Shown one piece after another: positions 27,276-42,457 of a stretch of 64,000 bases of DNA. Source of the stretch: Octopus sinensis (taxonomy: Eukaryota). How positions within the stretch are numbered: the first letter of the stretch is position 1; the number at the start of each line of letters is the position of its first letter. The position numbers and the translations under genes are program-made. The notes below the pieces were generated by a model that was not told the origin of the DNA, did not search any database, and saw only the letters and a program-made list of their open reading frames with translations. The stretch spans positions 10,230,001-10,294,000 of the forward strand of contig NC_043009.1 of the NCBI RefSeq assembly GCF_006345805.1. Reading direction: 5' to 3'.

Positions 27276-28158
27276 CTTCTTCTTCTTCTTCTTCTTCTTT
27301 CCTTCTTCTTCTTCCTCATCCTCTACTTCTTCCTCTTCTTCTTCCTCATCCTCTACTTCTTCCTCTTCTTCTTCCTCATCCTCTACTTCTTCCTCTTCTT
27401 CTTCCTCCTTCTCCTTTTCTTCTTCCTCCTCCTTTTCTTCCTCCTTCTCCTCCTCCATTTCCTCCTCCTCTTCTTCTTTTCCTCCTCCTCCCCTCCTCTT
27501 CCCACTCATTCCCCCCCCACTCTCTCTCGCTGTGCCTTTCCCCTCACCTCTCCCTCTCACCGTAGATGAAATGATTCAATAACATTTGGTTTTGAAATGC
27601 TAATGGAAATATTCATGAAAAGAAATTGACGTCATATTTAAGTTTGAAGAGTCACCCCCCCAACCACCTTTCTGATCATCTGTCCATTATTGCTTCCTTG
27701 ATGCAGACTTCTTTCTAAATTCATGCTGGTTCATTTGAGTTATTTCCCTTAACTCATTATATCGTCTTATTTTTTTTAATTATGCAAAATACACTGGCTA
27801 AAATATTATCGGTAATTCATTTTTAGAGAAATTTTTTTTCTAGTTGCTCGAACAAATACAAGAAATAACTAAACCTCCCTCAAATCTCTTGTAATCGGAT
27901 AAACGCAATGTCTAATATAATCCTAAATGCTCTATGCTCGAAATAATGATTGAGTCGTCTTGGATGGTTCAACTTTCTTCATAAAATCTATTGAGGCATA
28001 GGAGTGGGTGTGTGGTAAGTAGCTCGTTTACCAACCACATGGTTCCAAGTTCAGTCCCACTGCGTGGCACCTTGAGCAAGTGTCTTCTACTATAGCCTCG
28101 GGCTAACCAAAACCTTGTGAGTGGATTTAGTAGACGGAAACTGAAAGAAACCTGTCGT

Positions 28159-28568
28159 ATACTCTTTTACTCTTTACTCTTTTACTTGTTTCAGTCATTT
28201 GACTGCGGCCATGCTGGAGCACCGCCTTTAATCGAGCAACTCGACCCCGGAACTTATTCTTTTTTTTGTAAGCCCAGTACTTATGCTATCGGTCTCTTTT
28301 GCCGAACCGCTAAGTGACGGGGACATAAACACACCAGCATCGGTTGTCAAGCAATGCTAGGGGGACAAACACAGACACACAAACAAACACACATGCATAT
28401 ATATATACATATATACGACAGGCTTCTTTCAGTTTCTGTCTACCAAATCCACTCACAAGGCATTGGTCGGCCCGTGGCTATAGCAGAAGACACTTGCCCA
28501 AGATGCCACGCAGTGGGACTGAACCCGGTACCATATGGTTGGTTAGCAAGCTACTTACCACACAGCCA

Positions 28569-28571
<3 letters not shown>
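28159..28571 (-). mobile_element. Nested SINE-B copy 1
   Basis: Complete tail-to-head reverse complement. Confidence 0.9.
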
Positions 28572-29119
<548 letters not shown>

Positions 29120-29140
29120 ATATATATATACTCTCACACC

Positions 29141-29207
29141 GTCTCCGATGAAGGGATATAATTAAGATTAAATATATGATTAAATATCCTAGAAACAGCT
29201 GTAAGAC
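29141..29207 (+). ncRNA. Type I hammerhead ribozyme, CCGAUGA variant, in a TA-flanked 240-bp unit (29131-29372)
   Basis: GUCU CCGAUGA A GGGAUAU-(24 nt)-AUAUCCU A GAAA C AGCU G UA^ AGAC; helix III ACAGCUGU is a perfect palindrome. Confidence 0.8.
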
Positions 29208-30609
29208 CTTCTGTCTATAAATGCTCTGATATCTACAGACCCTTATTTTTTTATCTTATTACGCAAAAAATTCTTATATACACACGCTGACATAGAACCA
29301 ACGTTGGACCCTTTATTCGCAATATTACCGAATCTGGAACTTAACTATGGTCTCAATGACACCATTATCTCTTATATATATATATGTACGTGTGTGTATA
29401 TGTTTGTGTGTCTGTGTTTGTCCCCCCCTCCCAAACATTGTGTGACAATCGATGCTGGTGTGTTTACGTCCCCGTAACTTAGAGGTTCTGCAAAAGAGAC
29501 CGATAGAATAAGTACTAGGCTTACAAAGAATAAGTCCTAGGGTTGATTTGCTCGACTAAAGGCATGGCTGCAGTCAAATGACTGAAACAAGTAAAAGTGT
29601 AAAAAAAAGTGTAAAAGTGGTCGGGAAAGGAAATGGCGGTATGATAATATATTATGTATGTGATATCGTTTTGTGTCTTTGGACCATATATATGTAAGTG
29701 TGAGAAAATCGCAACATTATGAACAGTATACTAAATAATTATTTCAAATTTTGGTAAGCGGTCAGTAGTTTTAAAGGGCTGTGGTTAATCGATCACATCG
29801 ATACTCGTACTTGACTGGAACTTTATTTTATCGACCCCAAAATGACGAACGACTAAGTTGAACTTGATGGCATTTGAACCTAAAATATAAAGAATTTGAA
29901 GAAATGCCGCTAGGTATTTTGTCCGATTCGCTTACGATTCTGCCACTTTACCACCTTCCTAAAGTACTAAATAATAGTACAAACCTGAATTCAGAAGAAC
30001 AAAGAAAAAATGTTGCATGCATAATTGTCTTACCAGGAATTGTGTGGCTCTCAATAAACTGAGAAATTATTATTATGAGTGTCATTCAGCGCAACAGTCT
30101 TTAACTAATTTATTTCATGTTATAATATTTTTTTCAGTTATGCAAATTACTCCGGCCAAAAAGTTTTCGTAAAGATTTATCTATTGACCAAAGCAAGCTT
30201 CATTAGACTGCATATGCTGGTGATGACTAATAATATTGATACAAGTCCATAGTTATGCCCCTTGCTTGCAAATATCTGTCAGTGTCCCCTTCAGGCATGT
30301 AAATTATGCAAAATTACTACCGAATTTCTTGAAATTATCTACCTTCATTTTTCTTAAAGAGTCACTAACTATTACCGAAAGGAGGTTGTGTTTTTACTCC
30401 AACTATGAGGGAAATATCATTTAATGGGAAGTTGTTTTTTTTTTACATTCATCATTCATTGTGTATAGCAGGTATTACTCTAAACATCAGAAAGGCCGCT
30501 ATGTAATAACTTGATCAGCTAGAACCAGCAGCTAAGACTGCATCATACAGGTCATCTTGAAAAAGGTGGGTACACTGGAAAATAAGGGCGGTCTCGCTAG
30601 TGCTTGCTG

Positions 30610-30922
30610 GTGTTTGTTTGTTGAGCGTCTCAGGACTGTCTGCAGTCCGAAACGTGGTCCTTTGCTATTCGTAAAACCCGCAGAAGAGAAAGCTGGTCAA
30701 CCCTCGACACCGAGAGCATCGACGGATGGATGAATGCGCATCAAGGCTCAGTTGTTGCGTAGGAAGTCGGGGACAAGAAACATGAAGGAAGAGTGAGAGA
30801 AAGTTGGAACGAAAGAGTACAATAGGTGTCGCCACCTGCCGGAGCCTCGTGGAGCTTTAGGTGTTTTCGCTCAATAAACACACACAACACCCGGTCTGGG
30901 AATCGAAACCGTGATCCTCCGA
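30610..30922 (-). mobile_element. SINE-D (5' head truncated)
   Basis: Matches 44085-44441 over about 280 bp; B box GGTTTCGATTCCC. Confidence 0.8.
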
Positions 30923-31379
30923 TTTATAAGGATTGGACTATGTAATGGTAGAAAGGCAATGTTCGAGATAAAGATTGACTCGTCCTAGTTGCAACAACTT
31001 TAATCATAGGTTTGCTCAGTGAGGGCTGTCGCAGAATACACGCACTCTCTTTCGCGCTTCTCTCTCTCTCTCTCCCTCTCGCGTATGCACGCACACGCAC
31101 AAACACACACATGCACACACACACACTCTGACACTCACACACTCTCTTTGACGCACACACACACATACACACGCACATATACACTCACACACACATACAC
31201 ACGCTCACACACACACACAAGCGCACAGACTAAACCGGTATTGATTTAGTCTCTCGGCAAAAATCAAGAAATATTCACGAAATTTATTTCAGACCATATA
31301 ATATTTTAAAGAAAATCGCGAACACATTTAATTGCTAGAGAGATATAGCATGTTTAAAAGTAAAACGTAATGATACTCT

Positions 31380-32700
31380 ACAGCTCGTCCCATTTTTATG
31401 AAAAGCAACCTCACTGACCCTGCCAACTATTATCGGACACACTCACTTCTGATATCAGAAAGTCAATTTAGACGGCCATAAATAGCAAGTAGCAACGACC
31501 TCCAAAACTCTGGATCTCTCTCGCTCCTTAATAAATACCAGAACGGTTTCGTAAAACCAGATCCACTGTTGATCTTGTCACTTGCGTTGCTGCTATTTTG
31601 GAGAAATTTGGTGAAAGTTAAAGCAGTTGCCTCGACATCAGGAAAGCTTTCGACTGCTTTTTATTTCTCTATTGCCCACAAGGGGCTAAACATAGAGGGG
31701 ACAAACAAGGACAGACATAGGTATTAAGTCGATTACATCGACCCCACTGCGTAACTGGTACTTAATTTATCGACCCCGAAAGGATGAAAGGCAAAGTCGA
31801 CCTCGGCGGAATGTGAACTCAGAACGTAACGGCAGACGAAATACCTATTTGTTTACTGCCCACAAGGGGCTAAACACAGAGAGGACAAACAAGGACAGAC
31901 AAACGGATTAAGTCGATTATATCGACCCCAGTGCGTAACTGGTAGTTATTTAATCGACCTCGAAAGGATGAAAGGCAAAGTCGACCTCGGAGGAATTTGA
32001 AATCAGAATGTAGTGGTAGACGAAATACCGCTAAGCATTTCGCCCGGCGTGCTAACGTTTCTGCCAGCTTTCGACTGTTTCTGACATGCGAATCTGCCTA
32101 TAAGATCCATCGTCTTTGATCTTTAGGATCGTTAGCTTTACTGGTATTTTCCGGTCACACTTTTGTCGCGTGTGTTGATGGAGCTCTCATTCAGTCAATT
32201 CCGGTGTGGCCACAGTTCGGTTTTCTTTCTCACTCTCTTCTTTCTATACATCAATGAATTATTTACCTCAAAATCCAACAACACCCACTCTTACCCAGAT
32301 GACAATACACGTTAGTCCTCCTTCAAATTCCCTAATCATGTACTCGCAAGATCTCACAAACGCCAAACCAGCACTGACTTTATGAACAGAGACATCGAAT
32401 ATATTATTTTAAGATCTTGCACAGTGCTTCTGTCGCTGCTGCTGTTGTTGCTGCCCCAGCTGCTGCAATCAAAAACATTCCAGACTGCAATTACAAAAGG
32501 ACACTTGACTGATTGCCATTAAGTTATTCGCCGACACGTTCCAGCCTCTGGTTCCAGCGCGCTGTCTCCTCTCGCTGCCTTTTCTTACGTGCTCTGATGG
32601 CCTTTATTCCTCGGATCTGCCTACACCCACGGTTCCCCCACGCTATGCCGTCGCTTGAACTGCTAGAAAAAGCAGGTAAATCTTCAAATCTTGAACTATC
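31380..32700 (+). mobile_element. CR1-type LINE RT remnant split by a SINE dimer
   Basis: DPANY, QNGF..TRSTVDL, LDIRKAFD|C..H, FLYINELF...THSYPDD (decayed YADD), QPL...RAVSS. Heavily frameshifted. Confidence 0.75.
31657..32065 (-). mobile_element. SINE-A dimer with perfect 12-bp TSD
   Basis: AGCTTTCGACTG at 31645-31656 and 32066-32077; junction GACGAAATAC|CTATTTGTTTAC at 31835-31856. Confidence 0.93.
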
Positions 32701-34621
32701 TCTTTTTAAAATTGGGTATGAAACATTGAATAATGTGAACTTATATGCACGTACCTGAACAAAAAGAGACGGAATTGTCACGGTTGGAATACCTTTGATG
32801 ATAAATATAATCAATAATGCCTGAGCTGGAGTAAAACAACAAAAATATTAGATAAAAAAATCGCAGCGAGAAATTAGAACACAGGACGTTGTTATTAAAC
32901 ACTAATGTCACTTTTAGTTAATTCTCTAATGCCTCGGCTATTCCTAAAGTTTAATATCTCATTGATTTGTAACATATTGATACAGAACTACAAAATTGGA
33001 GAATGTATACACGACTAAATCCCCCAAAGTACTTAACTGGTATTTTATTGCTTTATTGATCGGAGAAAGATGAAAGGCAAAATTGTCCTTGCAAAGTAAA
33101 GGCCCATAAATAAATATTACAAGGAATTTTGTCTGGCGATCCTTCCAACTCACTGCCCTAATCAATAGTATTATATTGATTTTCTTTGACTAGGCATTTG
33201 ATAAATTTTGTATTGGAAAAGTTATGATCAATTGAATAAATCATCTATTAATAAAACTTGCTTTATACATCCGGAATAGAGACGAATTATAAATATTAAT
33301 TGTTCGCAATGACATGAGGTCAAACATTTGAAGTGGAAATGGTGTTGTCAGTTTAATGTACTTCAGCATTAGCCTAGTACTTTTATACAACTTTGGTGCG
33401 TTGGAAAGCAATGTGAATGTCAGTGAAACTATAAAAACGAATGTTCTGGGACAAAACTGAATGAGGCGCTTATATAAACCTCTGTTGATGCAACTGAACC
33501 TCGTCTTAATTCTGATAATATAAAATTATTATTACTTCTTTAGAAAAATAAAAGTCTACAAATATCTCTTGAATACAAGTGTATGTCAATGGATGATATT
33601 AAAATTTATTTTAGTTAAATGGAATAAACAAAACAAAGGTAATTATTCTTGACGGTAATAGAGCCTGATACTCTACCTGAAGTGATAACCCCACCTCACA
33701 CGCAGCAAATCTGATAATAGCGATTATTGTTTTGATATTTGTTAATGTTTAGTGAAGGAAGAGATTACTATGTCGAAGATCTTGTATATTTTCAAGGAAG
33801 AAAGGATGAAGTTATCGTCAAGTCAAAGACAAGGTCCGATTGCACTTAATACTAACGACGCCTAGGACAAAATGCGGGTGTTAAACCAGATGAAGGGTTA
33901 AGTTTAACACCCAAGAAATCAAAATGCGATGAGTCGAAACAAATACAGCAAGGCATCTCGTCCGGAATTCTAACAGCAGGGACAAAGGTGCTCATATTTC
34001 AACTTTTCCAAAGACAAAGAGTAAACAGGTATCTGAAATACTTTTATTGTTTTCAAAGTCATAAATGAAGCAAAAAAAAGATTTTAAAAACTGTGAAAAA
34101 TTCAGCCAGAAATTGAAATATGGTTGTTGTGATTCAACTATTCTAGCAGGAAAGTTAACCTCTTGCTCTAGAGCGCTCGCTGTTGGAGGTAAAATATTTC
34201 AAGTAAAATTCAATTTTCGTTGTGTATTAAAAGCAAACAAGCGGAAATGAAGTGCAAGTCAACACAGTGCAATTGGCAATTTTGAAAATAATTATAAGAG
34301 TAAAATGAATAAACAAATAAAAGAGAGAAAACAAATAGTGCAAAATGCTCTTGAAGGTTTGTGTAAGGCGAATAATTGCCAGTAATTTATTCATGCAACG
34401 CTATTAAATTTAAACATATGCGCTTGAGGAGACTTGTCACAGCAAACGGTAGACTTTTGCAGAAACAACCATTTTATATAATCATTGAAACCAGTGAGAG
34501 AGAGACTTGAGGCAGCGTTTCTTCATTTGCTTCTTTCTATCTTTAAAGACGATGGTTGTCTCTGGTTCATGCTTTCACGTCTGCCAAACGCCACCGTTAC
34601 CTCCGCCATCATTTTTACTAA

Positions 34622-34806
34622 TACTTATTTCTTTACTACCCACAAGGACAGACAAACTGGTGCGTAACTGGTACTTATTTAATCGACCCCGAAAGGATGA
34701 AAAGCAAAGTCGACCTCGGCAGAATTTGAACTCAAAATGTAACGGCAGACGAAATACGGCTACGCATTTCGCCCGGCGTGCTAACGTTTCTGCCAGCTCG
34801 CCGCCT
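34622..34806 (-). mobile_element. SINE-A monomer (internal deletion)
   Basis: Consensus match. Confidence 0.85.
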
Positions 34807-34984
34807 TAATACCATCCACAATTAACATCGGCATTAACATCACAACTATGATCAACAATAATGTCCATTATTAGTATCACAATCACCATCATAACTAACA
34901 ATAAATAACACTTATTAGCACAGCATTATCATCTGTTAATGCCACCATCACAATCATCAAGGCCATAGCTTTCTAATAACCATG

Positions 34985-35086
34985 CTGCTACTATCATTAC
35001 TGCTATATCTACTACTGCTGCTGCTGCTACTACTACTACTACTACTGCTACTACTACTACTGCTACTACTACTACTACTACTACTA

Positions 35087-35129
<43 letters not shown>

Positions 35130-35133
35130 TCTA

Positions 35134-35165
<32 letters not shown>

Positions 35166-35172
35166 TCTACTA

Positions 35173-35210
<38 letters not shown>

Positions 35211-35220
35211 GCTGCTGCTT

Positions 35221-35258
<38 letters not shown>

Positions 35259-35880
35259 GCTACTACTACTACTACTACTACTACTACCTCTTTCAAAGAC
35301 AAAATCATTTCCACTACGAGTTTTTATTACCCAAACCGTCACCGACCTACAAGGAAAATAACTGCCATCTTCATCCGTAGATGATGACTACAAGAACCAT
35401 CAGAACTAATGTGTCATCAGCTTGACTTCCATAAACACTGATACTAATATCATAGTCATCATCGTTTTTTCTTAGCCATCATCATCATCATCATCATCAT
35501 ATGACACCTACTAATTTACTTCAACCAATCAACACTTTCCGACAATGGTAATACCAATTCAAACTTACTGCATTACCATACACCTCCTTCTCCCCCTCCT
35601 CCTACTCTTCGTCCTGTCTTCTTCTTTTTCTTCTTCTTTTTCTTCTTCTTTTTATTCTTCTTTTTCTTCTTCTTCTTGTTCTTGTTCTTCTTCTTCTTCT
35701 TGTTCTTCTTGTTGTTCTTGTTCTTGTTCTTGTTCTTCTTGTTCTTGTTCTTCTTGTTCTTGTTCTTCTTTTGTTCTTGTTCTTCTTGTTCTTCTTGTTC
35801 TTGTTGTTGTTGTTGTTGTTCTTCTTCTTCTTCTTCTTCTTCGCCGTCGCCGTCGCCTTATTAGTTCTCCATTTTACAAT
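34985..35880. repeat. (CTA/CTG)n and (TTC/TTG)n microsatellite blocks
   Basis: Direct inspection. Confidence 0.9.
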
Positions 35881-37480
35881 AGTGAAATTGAAAGCATAAT
35901 TAGAAACGATGAGCGTGTGACGATGATTTGTGCAAGATATGGAGTGGAGAGGACTTCGATGATGTGTGACGGTGTGGTGAACGACTGAGACGGTCAAAGA
36001 AGAGGAAGAAGAAGAAGGAGAAGAAGAAGAAGAAGAAGAAGAAGAAAAAGAAGAAGAAGGACAATGATTATGATGGTAATGGTGAAGTCCATAGCAGCAA
36101 CATTAACAAAGTCCACGATTTTCTGCAATTTACTCTCTCGTTTACCAAACGAGACACTACCATAACACGTAACACGTAACGTTAAATAATTCAAGTCACT
36201 ACCATTTATCGAAGCAGCTGAGTACATAAATGCCAAGCCAAACCTAGCTGCGAACCATCCGACCACCTTACCACTCAACAATCCAACCATGCAACACTCA
36301 ACTGGACACACGAACCAAATACCCTTCAAATGAACTAGTCATGTAGTTACCTAACGATATTATCCTCTCAACAAACCATTTTCTTGTCAATATGACCGAC
36401 AGTTCAGCTAACCATTTGACCAGCTTAACAAACCGATTGATCCAGTCCAGTCCAGTGCAGACCATCCCGGTCTAGCCTAAACTGACGCAACCAGTATGCC
36501 ATACCAGCTATATATCAATTCTACCGACCAGCAAACCGGCCAATCAGCAACAACAGCTATACCAGTCAACCAACCGACCAGCCGATCAACTAAATAACCC
36601 CAGCTACACCAACCCAAACTAAACCACACACACACAGACATACACACACGCCGACCGGCCAGCCAAACCAACCAACGAGTAAGCGTGTAAAATTCCCCAG
36701 CCAAAAGAGATGGTGTCAAGCGGGTTGTAACAGTATTAACGCTATTGCTTAAGATTCCGACAGCAGACTCTGACAGCTAATCAATCGAGCGACTAGCTTG
36801 AGCTACACGCGCTCATCTGGCCGCTAGCAATTCTCATTTAAAAGTATAGAAATATCTAGGTCCCCTCCCACTGTGTTTATTGAACTCATTGCGAATGAGT
36901 GAGAGAGTGAGAAATTCGGGGGTGAGACCGATGAGACCGGTAGAATTTTAACAAAGTGGCTGTGCTAAGGCAACTTTACAAGGCTGTTTTTACATCGGCG
37001 TGGTTGTGCTGAGGTCATAGACGAAAGACTGTGTTAATCAGTTTCAACTATCTTCCGCGATTTCCCGCCGGCTGCAATCGCATATGAATATGACACATCC
37101 TCTTCATAAAAGGTGCTTAAATTAATCTCGTAAAAACACCATCATCGCCTTCTCCTTCTCCTCCCTCCCCTCCTTCTCCTTCTCTTTCTTTTCCACCTCT
37201 TCCTCCTTTTTTATAACCCTTCCAACAACTTCTTCTTTTTCTTCTTCCTTTTCTTCTTCTTTTTCTTCTTCTTCTTTTTCTTCTTCTTTTTCTTCTTCTT
37301 TTTCTTCTTCTCCTTTTTCTTCTTCTTTTTCTTCTTCTTTTTCTTCTTCTTTCTTCTTTTTTCTTCTTCTTCTTCTTCTATAATATTATACACATTTTTT
37401 AAAATATTATTCTTCGTAAAATAGCAGTTGAAACAACATCAGCATCAACAATGCTAATAACAGCAATATCATTATTATTA

Positions 37481-37514
<34 letters not shown>

Positions 37515-37531
37515 CATCATTATTATTATTA

Positions 37532-37593
<62 letters not shown>

Positions 37594-38013
37594 CTTCTTG
37601 AATCTATATTTTTATCCATTTGTTTCATATATATATATATATTTTTTTTTTACTACTCCGCAACTGTTGTATTTATTTTACTAATTTTGTTGTTATATTT
37701 TCTTTATTTGGTATGTTGGATGGTTGAGTTGTTGTTGTTGTTGTTGTTGTTATTGGTGGTGTTGTCGACGGTGATGTCAGTGGCTGGTTGTGCGTTGATA
37801 TTATTTCCTTTGCAATTTTGTATTCCTCGTTCTGTTCGTTGCTATCTCTATCTCGTCCTCTCTGTTTCTTATTCGCTTTCTCTGCTCTTCACTCTGTATA
37901 TATACACACACATATGCATATATATATAAATACAAACACACATAGATATGTATGTATATGTATGTATATATGTATGTATGTGTATATATATAAACATATA
38001 TATATATATATTG

Positions 38014-38101
<88 letters not shown>

Positions 38102-38168
38102 CTCTCTCTCTGTCACTCTCTCTCTCTCTCCCTCTCTCTATCTATCTATCTATATCTATATCTATCTA

Positions 38169-38207
<39 letters not shown>

Positions 38208-38790
38208 GATTAAATAACTCTCACGTATACATATCACATTTTATCTCACACTTTGTTGTTGTTGCTGTTGTTATCCTCCTCTTCCTCTTCCTTCTCCCCT
38301 TCCTCCTTCACCCCTCCTCCTTCTCCTCCTTCTCCTCCTCCCTCCATTTTCCACCTTCTTTTTCTCCTTCCCGTTCGTTCATAGCATTTTCAATTTTTTT
38401 TTCTTCTAATTATTAAAATTTCACTCACATGCAGGACCAATAAAATTAATAATGATAATAATGAGGATGTCAAAGCGGTTAATGACGATAGTGCCAATGC
38501 TGCTGCTGCGGCTGCTGCTGCTGCTGCTGCTGCTCACAGATGCAAGATGCTGCTATTGGCCATGATAAGGACGATAAAGATGGTAATGATGTGAGATAGG
38601 AAAAGAATAGTTTCGGAAACTAGTGCTCATATGTGTTAACGACAACATCAATAAACCACATCGGCATCTTGTTGTTGTTGCTGATTATGATGACGATGGT
38701 GGTGATGATCATGGTGAAAAAGAAGAAAAAGAAGACGATGACACTATAACGAGGTCGACGACGAATAGCAACAATACTACTACTACTACT

Positions 38791-38864
<74 letters not shown>

Positions 38865-39531
38865 AAGAAAATGATGATGTCGTTGTTGATGATGACAGAG
38901 AAAGGAAGAGGTGGAGGAGGAGAAGAGGAAGAGGAGAAGAAGAAAAGTTGATGTTGATGATGATGATGGTGGTTTTGGAAGGAGAAGGAGAAGGAGAAGA
39001 AGAAGAAGAAGAAAGAGAAGACGAAGAGGAAGAAGAAGATAAAAGAAGACGAAGAGGAAGACGAGGAAGAAGACAAAAGAAGAGAAGAAGAAGAAGAAGA
39101 AGAAGACGACGACGACGACGACGATGATGATGATGATGATGCAACGACAACGATAATAACGATAAAGCCGACAATGGCGACGGTGCTAATGCGGGTGCTG
39201 GGAACGATAGTGTGGTGTTTGACTGAGGTCACTTGGGATAATCATATTGGCAGATTATACAGATATTTATGACAGGAACCATTCTTTTGTTTTTTTCTTT
39301 GGTATTTATTTGTTGTTGCTGTTGTAATGATGTTGTCTCTGGATGGATATTGTTGAACATTTACGGGGGAAATAATAATAATAATAATAACAGATAATTG
39401 TAATATTTAGATAAAAATATCGTTTGATATTTTTTTAAAACTTCGACCAGGGTACGCTGGATGATAGCAATAATGGTGGTGTCTGGTGGTGATAGTGGAG
39501 ATGGTGGATAATGGTGGTGAGGTGATGATGA

Positions 39532-39567
<36 letters not shown>

Positions 39568-39680
39568 GAGGAGGAGGAAGAAGGCAACGACGAGGACCCA
39601 GACTGTAATGAAGGCGATGATAATGTTATTTTTTTAAACCATGTGAATGATACATCTGATAGCAATGGCAGTGGTGGATG

Positions 39681-39712
<32 letters not shown>

Positions 39713-40124
39713 GATGATGATGATGACGGGGACGACGTTGTTGACGACGATGTAGTGAGAACATGTAGACGCTCCTGACTTTGATGATGATGATGAGGAG
39801 GAGGATGATGAAGAGGAGGATGACGTAGGAAACGATGACAACGACGGTAATAATGTTATAATGACGATGGCGATGAAGATGACGCTGGGTTCTTAGCAAT
39901 GTCAGTAGTTGGTACCAACACAGGAATTTATTTGAAGATGATTGTATATAGACGATTGATTACTTCTACTATGTGACTGGTCCTTTATCGAGACAGAAGT
40001 TGAGGAAAAGGTGTCATCAAGGGGTACTAATAATGTGTGGTCACTTGAACCGCTGGAACTAGCAGTTAAATACACTCACAAATAACGTCCTACATTTTAA
40101 AAGGGGTAAAAGCACAGATGACGG

Positions 40125-40725
40125 TCGTCATCATCAACATCATCATCATCATCGTCGTCGTCGTCGTCGTCGTCGTCATCATCATTATCATCATCGTCAT
40201 CATCACCACCATCATCATCACAAACATCATCATCATCATCATCACCACCATCATCATCATCATCACCATCATCATCATCACCACCATCATCATCATCACC
40301 ACCATCATCACCATCATCATCATCATCATAATCATCATCATCATCATCATCACCATCATCATCATAAACATCATCATCATCATCATCGTGATCATCACCA
40401 TCATCATCATCATAAACATCATCATCCTCATCATCATCATCCTCATCATCATCATCATCATCATCATCATCACACCATCATCATCATCACCACCATCATC
40501 ATCATCACCACCATCATCACCATCATCATCATCATCATAATCATCATCATCATCATCATCACCATCATCATCATAAACATCATCATCATCATCATCGTGA
40601 TCATCACCATCATCATCATCATAAACATCATCATCCTCATCATCATCATCCTCATCATCATCATCATCATCATCATCATCAACACCACCACCACCACCAC
40701 CACCATCATCATCATCCCCCACCAC
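40125..40725. repeat. (CAT)n array with a 209-bp higher-order duplication
   Basis: Variant units CATAATC, CATAAAC, CGTGATC, CCTC recur at +209 bp (40327/40536; 40387/40596). Confidence 0.85.
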
Positions 40726-41183
40726 CATTATTCCTACCATCAAACGTACCCTATACAAGGTTTAAAAAGAAAAGATGCTATATGGTAACGGTTGACACAT
40801 CTTTGATCATAAAGAAGCTCAATTAAAGCCGACCTAGGGTTGAACAATGACAATAACAACAACAACAACAACAATAGCAAATTAAACGGCTATTCATATC
40901 CATTTTAGTACATGAGAAGCCTCTTGGTCGAAATCCTGGATACGCCCGTGCGGGAGACTTTTGGAAGGTGTTCAACATTTCGAAACATTTACCTGTATTG
41001 AATTTGTGGACTTAATAAGAATTGCGAATATTTCGTTTCGTATGTACCCCTTGCTTGCCCGCACGGTTGCCACCATTTTTGAGATATCGTCTGTGTCTAA
41101 AGATTGGAGTCTTTTATGCCTTCGTCTTCGTGGGAGGCTTTCACGGGAAGACATTGTGTCTGTGATTGTAATTTTAGTGTATA

Positions 41184-41600
41184 GGCGCAGAAGTGGCGGT
41201 GTGGTAAGTAGCTTGCTTACCGGCCATATGGTTCCGGGTTCAGTCTCACTGCGTGGCACCTTAGGCAAGAGTCTTCTACTATAATCTCGGGCCGACCAAA
41301 GCCTTGTGAGAGGATTTGGTAGACGGAAACTCAAAGAAGCCCTTCGTATATATATATGTATATGTATATATATGTGTGTGTGTGTTTTTGTGTCTGTGTT
41401 TCCTCCTCACTCAACATAGCTTGACAACCGATGCTGGTGTGTTTATATCCCCGTAACTTAGCGGTTCGGCAAAAGAGACCAATGGGATAGGAAATAAGCT
41501 TACAAAGAATAAGTCCTGGGGTCGATTTGCTCGACTAAAATGCGGTGCTCCAGCATGGCCGCAGTCAAATGACTGAAACAAGTAAAAGAGTAATAGAGTA
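41184..41600 (+). mobile_element. SINE-B, full length
   Basis: GGCGCAGAAGTGGCGGTGTGG...GGGTTCAGTCTC...GTAAAAGAGTAA. Confidence 0.9.
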
Positions 41601-42034
41601 TGAGGTGGTTATGTTTCATTTTCTTTCGATAGCATAGTGTAACAAAATCTATTTATTTATTTTTGTCTTTGGTTCCTAAGTGTTATTTCCTATTTGCCTC
41701 TAGTTAGCAATCAAAGGAATTGACTACTATTCCCTTCAAACTTTGCATTTGTCACCTGGACATCAATGTTTTGAAACTGACCTATTTTCCATTACATTAT
41801 TGAAATTAGTGAAGCTGAGAATGAAAACACTGTACTAAACTTTACTTGCACCGTGGTTAATTTGTACGCGAGGAAAACTCTAGGCGGTCGTTCGAGGACT
41901 AGTAATAGCAAGTAGGATTATCATAGACCATACACAACAGGCTTAAAGAATATGATATTATGAGCTCAATAATATAATTCTGGACACACAGACAGATTGG
42001 ATGGCCAATTGCGGGAAGATTTTTGGTAACACTA

Positions 42035-42276
42035 TTTACTCTTTTACTCTTTTACTTCTTTGACTGTGGCCATGCTGGAGCACCGCCTTTAGTCGAGCAA
42101 ATCGACTTATTCTTTGTGAGGACTTATTTTTTTTAAGCCTAGTACTTGTTCTAGCAGTCTCTTTTGCCGAACCGCTAAGTTGGGAGACCTAAACACACCA
42201 GCATCGGTTGTCAAGCGATGTTGAGGAGACAAACAAAGACACAGAAACATATACACATACATACATACATACATAT

Positions 42277-42356
<80 letters not shown>

Positions 42357-42457
42357 CGACGGGCTTCTGTCTACCAAATCCACTCACAAGGCTTTGGTCG
42401 GCCTGAGGCTATAGTAGAAGACACTTGCCTAATGTGCCACGCAGTGGGACTGAACCC
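42035..42457 (-). mobile_element. SINE-B, head truncated
   Basis: Reverse-complement tail, (TA)n, partial head. Confidence 0.85.

Noticed and set aside
30640-30670. GGACTG-TCTG-CAGTCC GAAACGT stem next to a GAAAC motif (also at about 44138-44145)
   Set aside because: No CUGANGA upstream; it is the tail of SINE-D.
33885-33945. CAGATGAAGGGT...ACCCAAGAAA and GCGATGAGTCGAAAC hammerhead-like strings
   Set aside because: Lie within a decayed SINE-A-like sequence (GGATGAAAGGCAAAGTCGAC...GACGAAATAC); no helix I or III.
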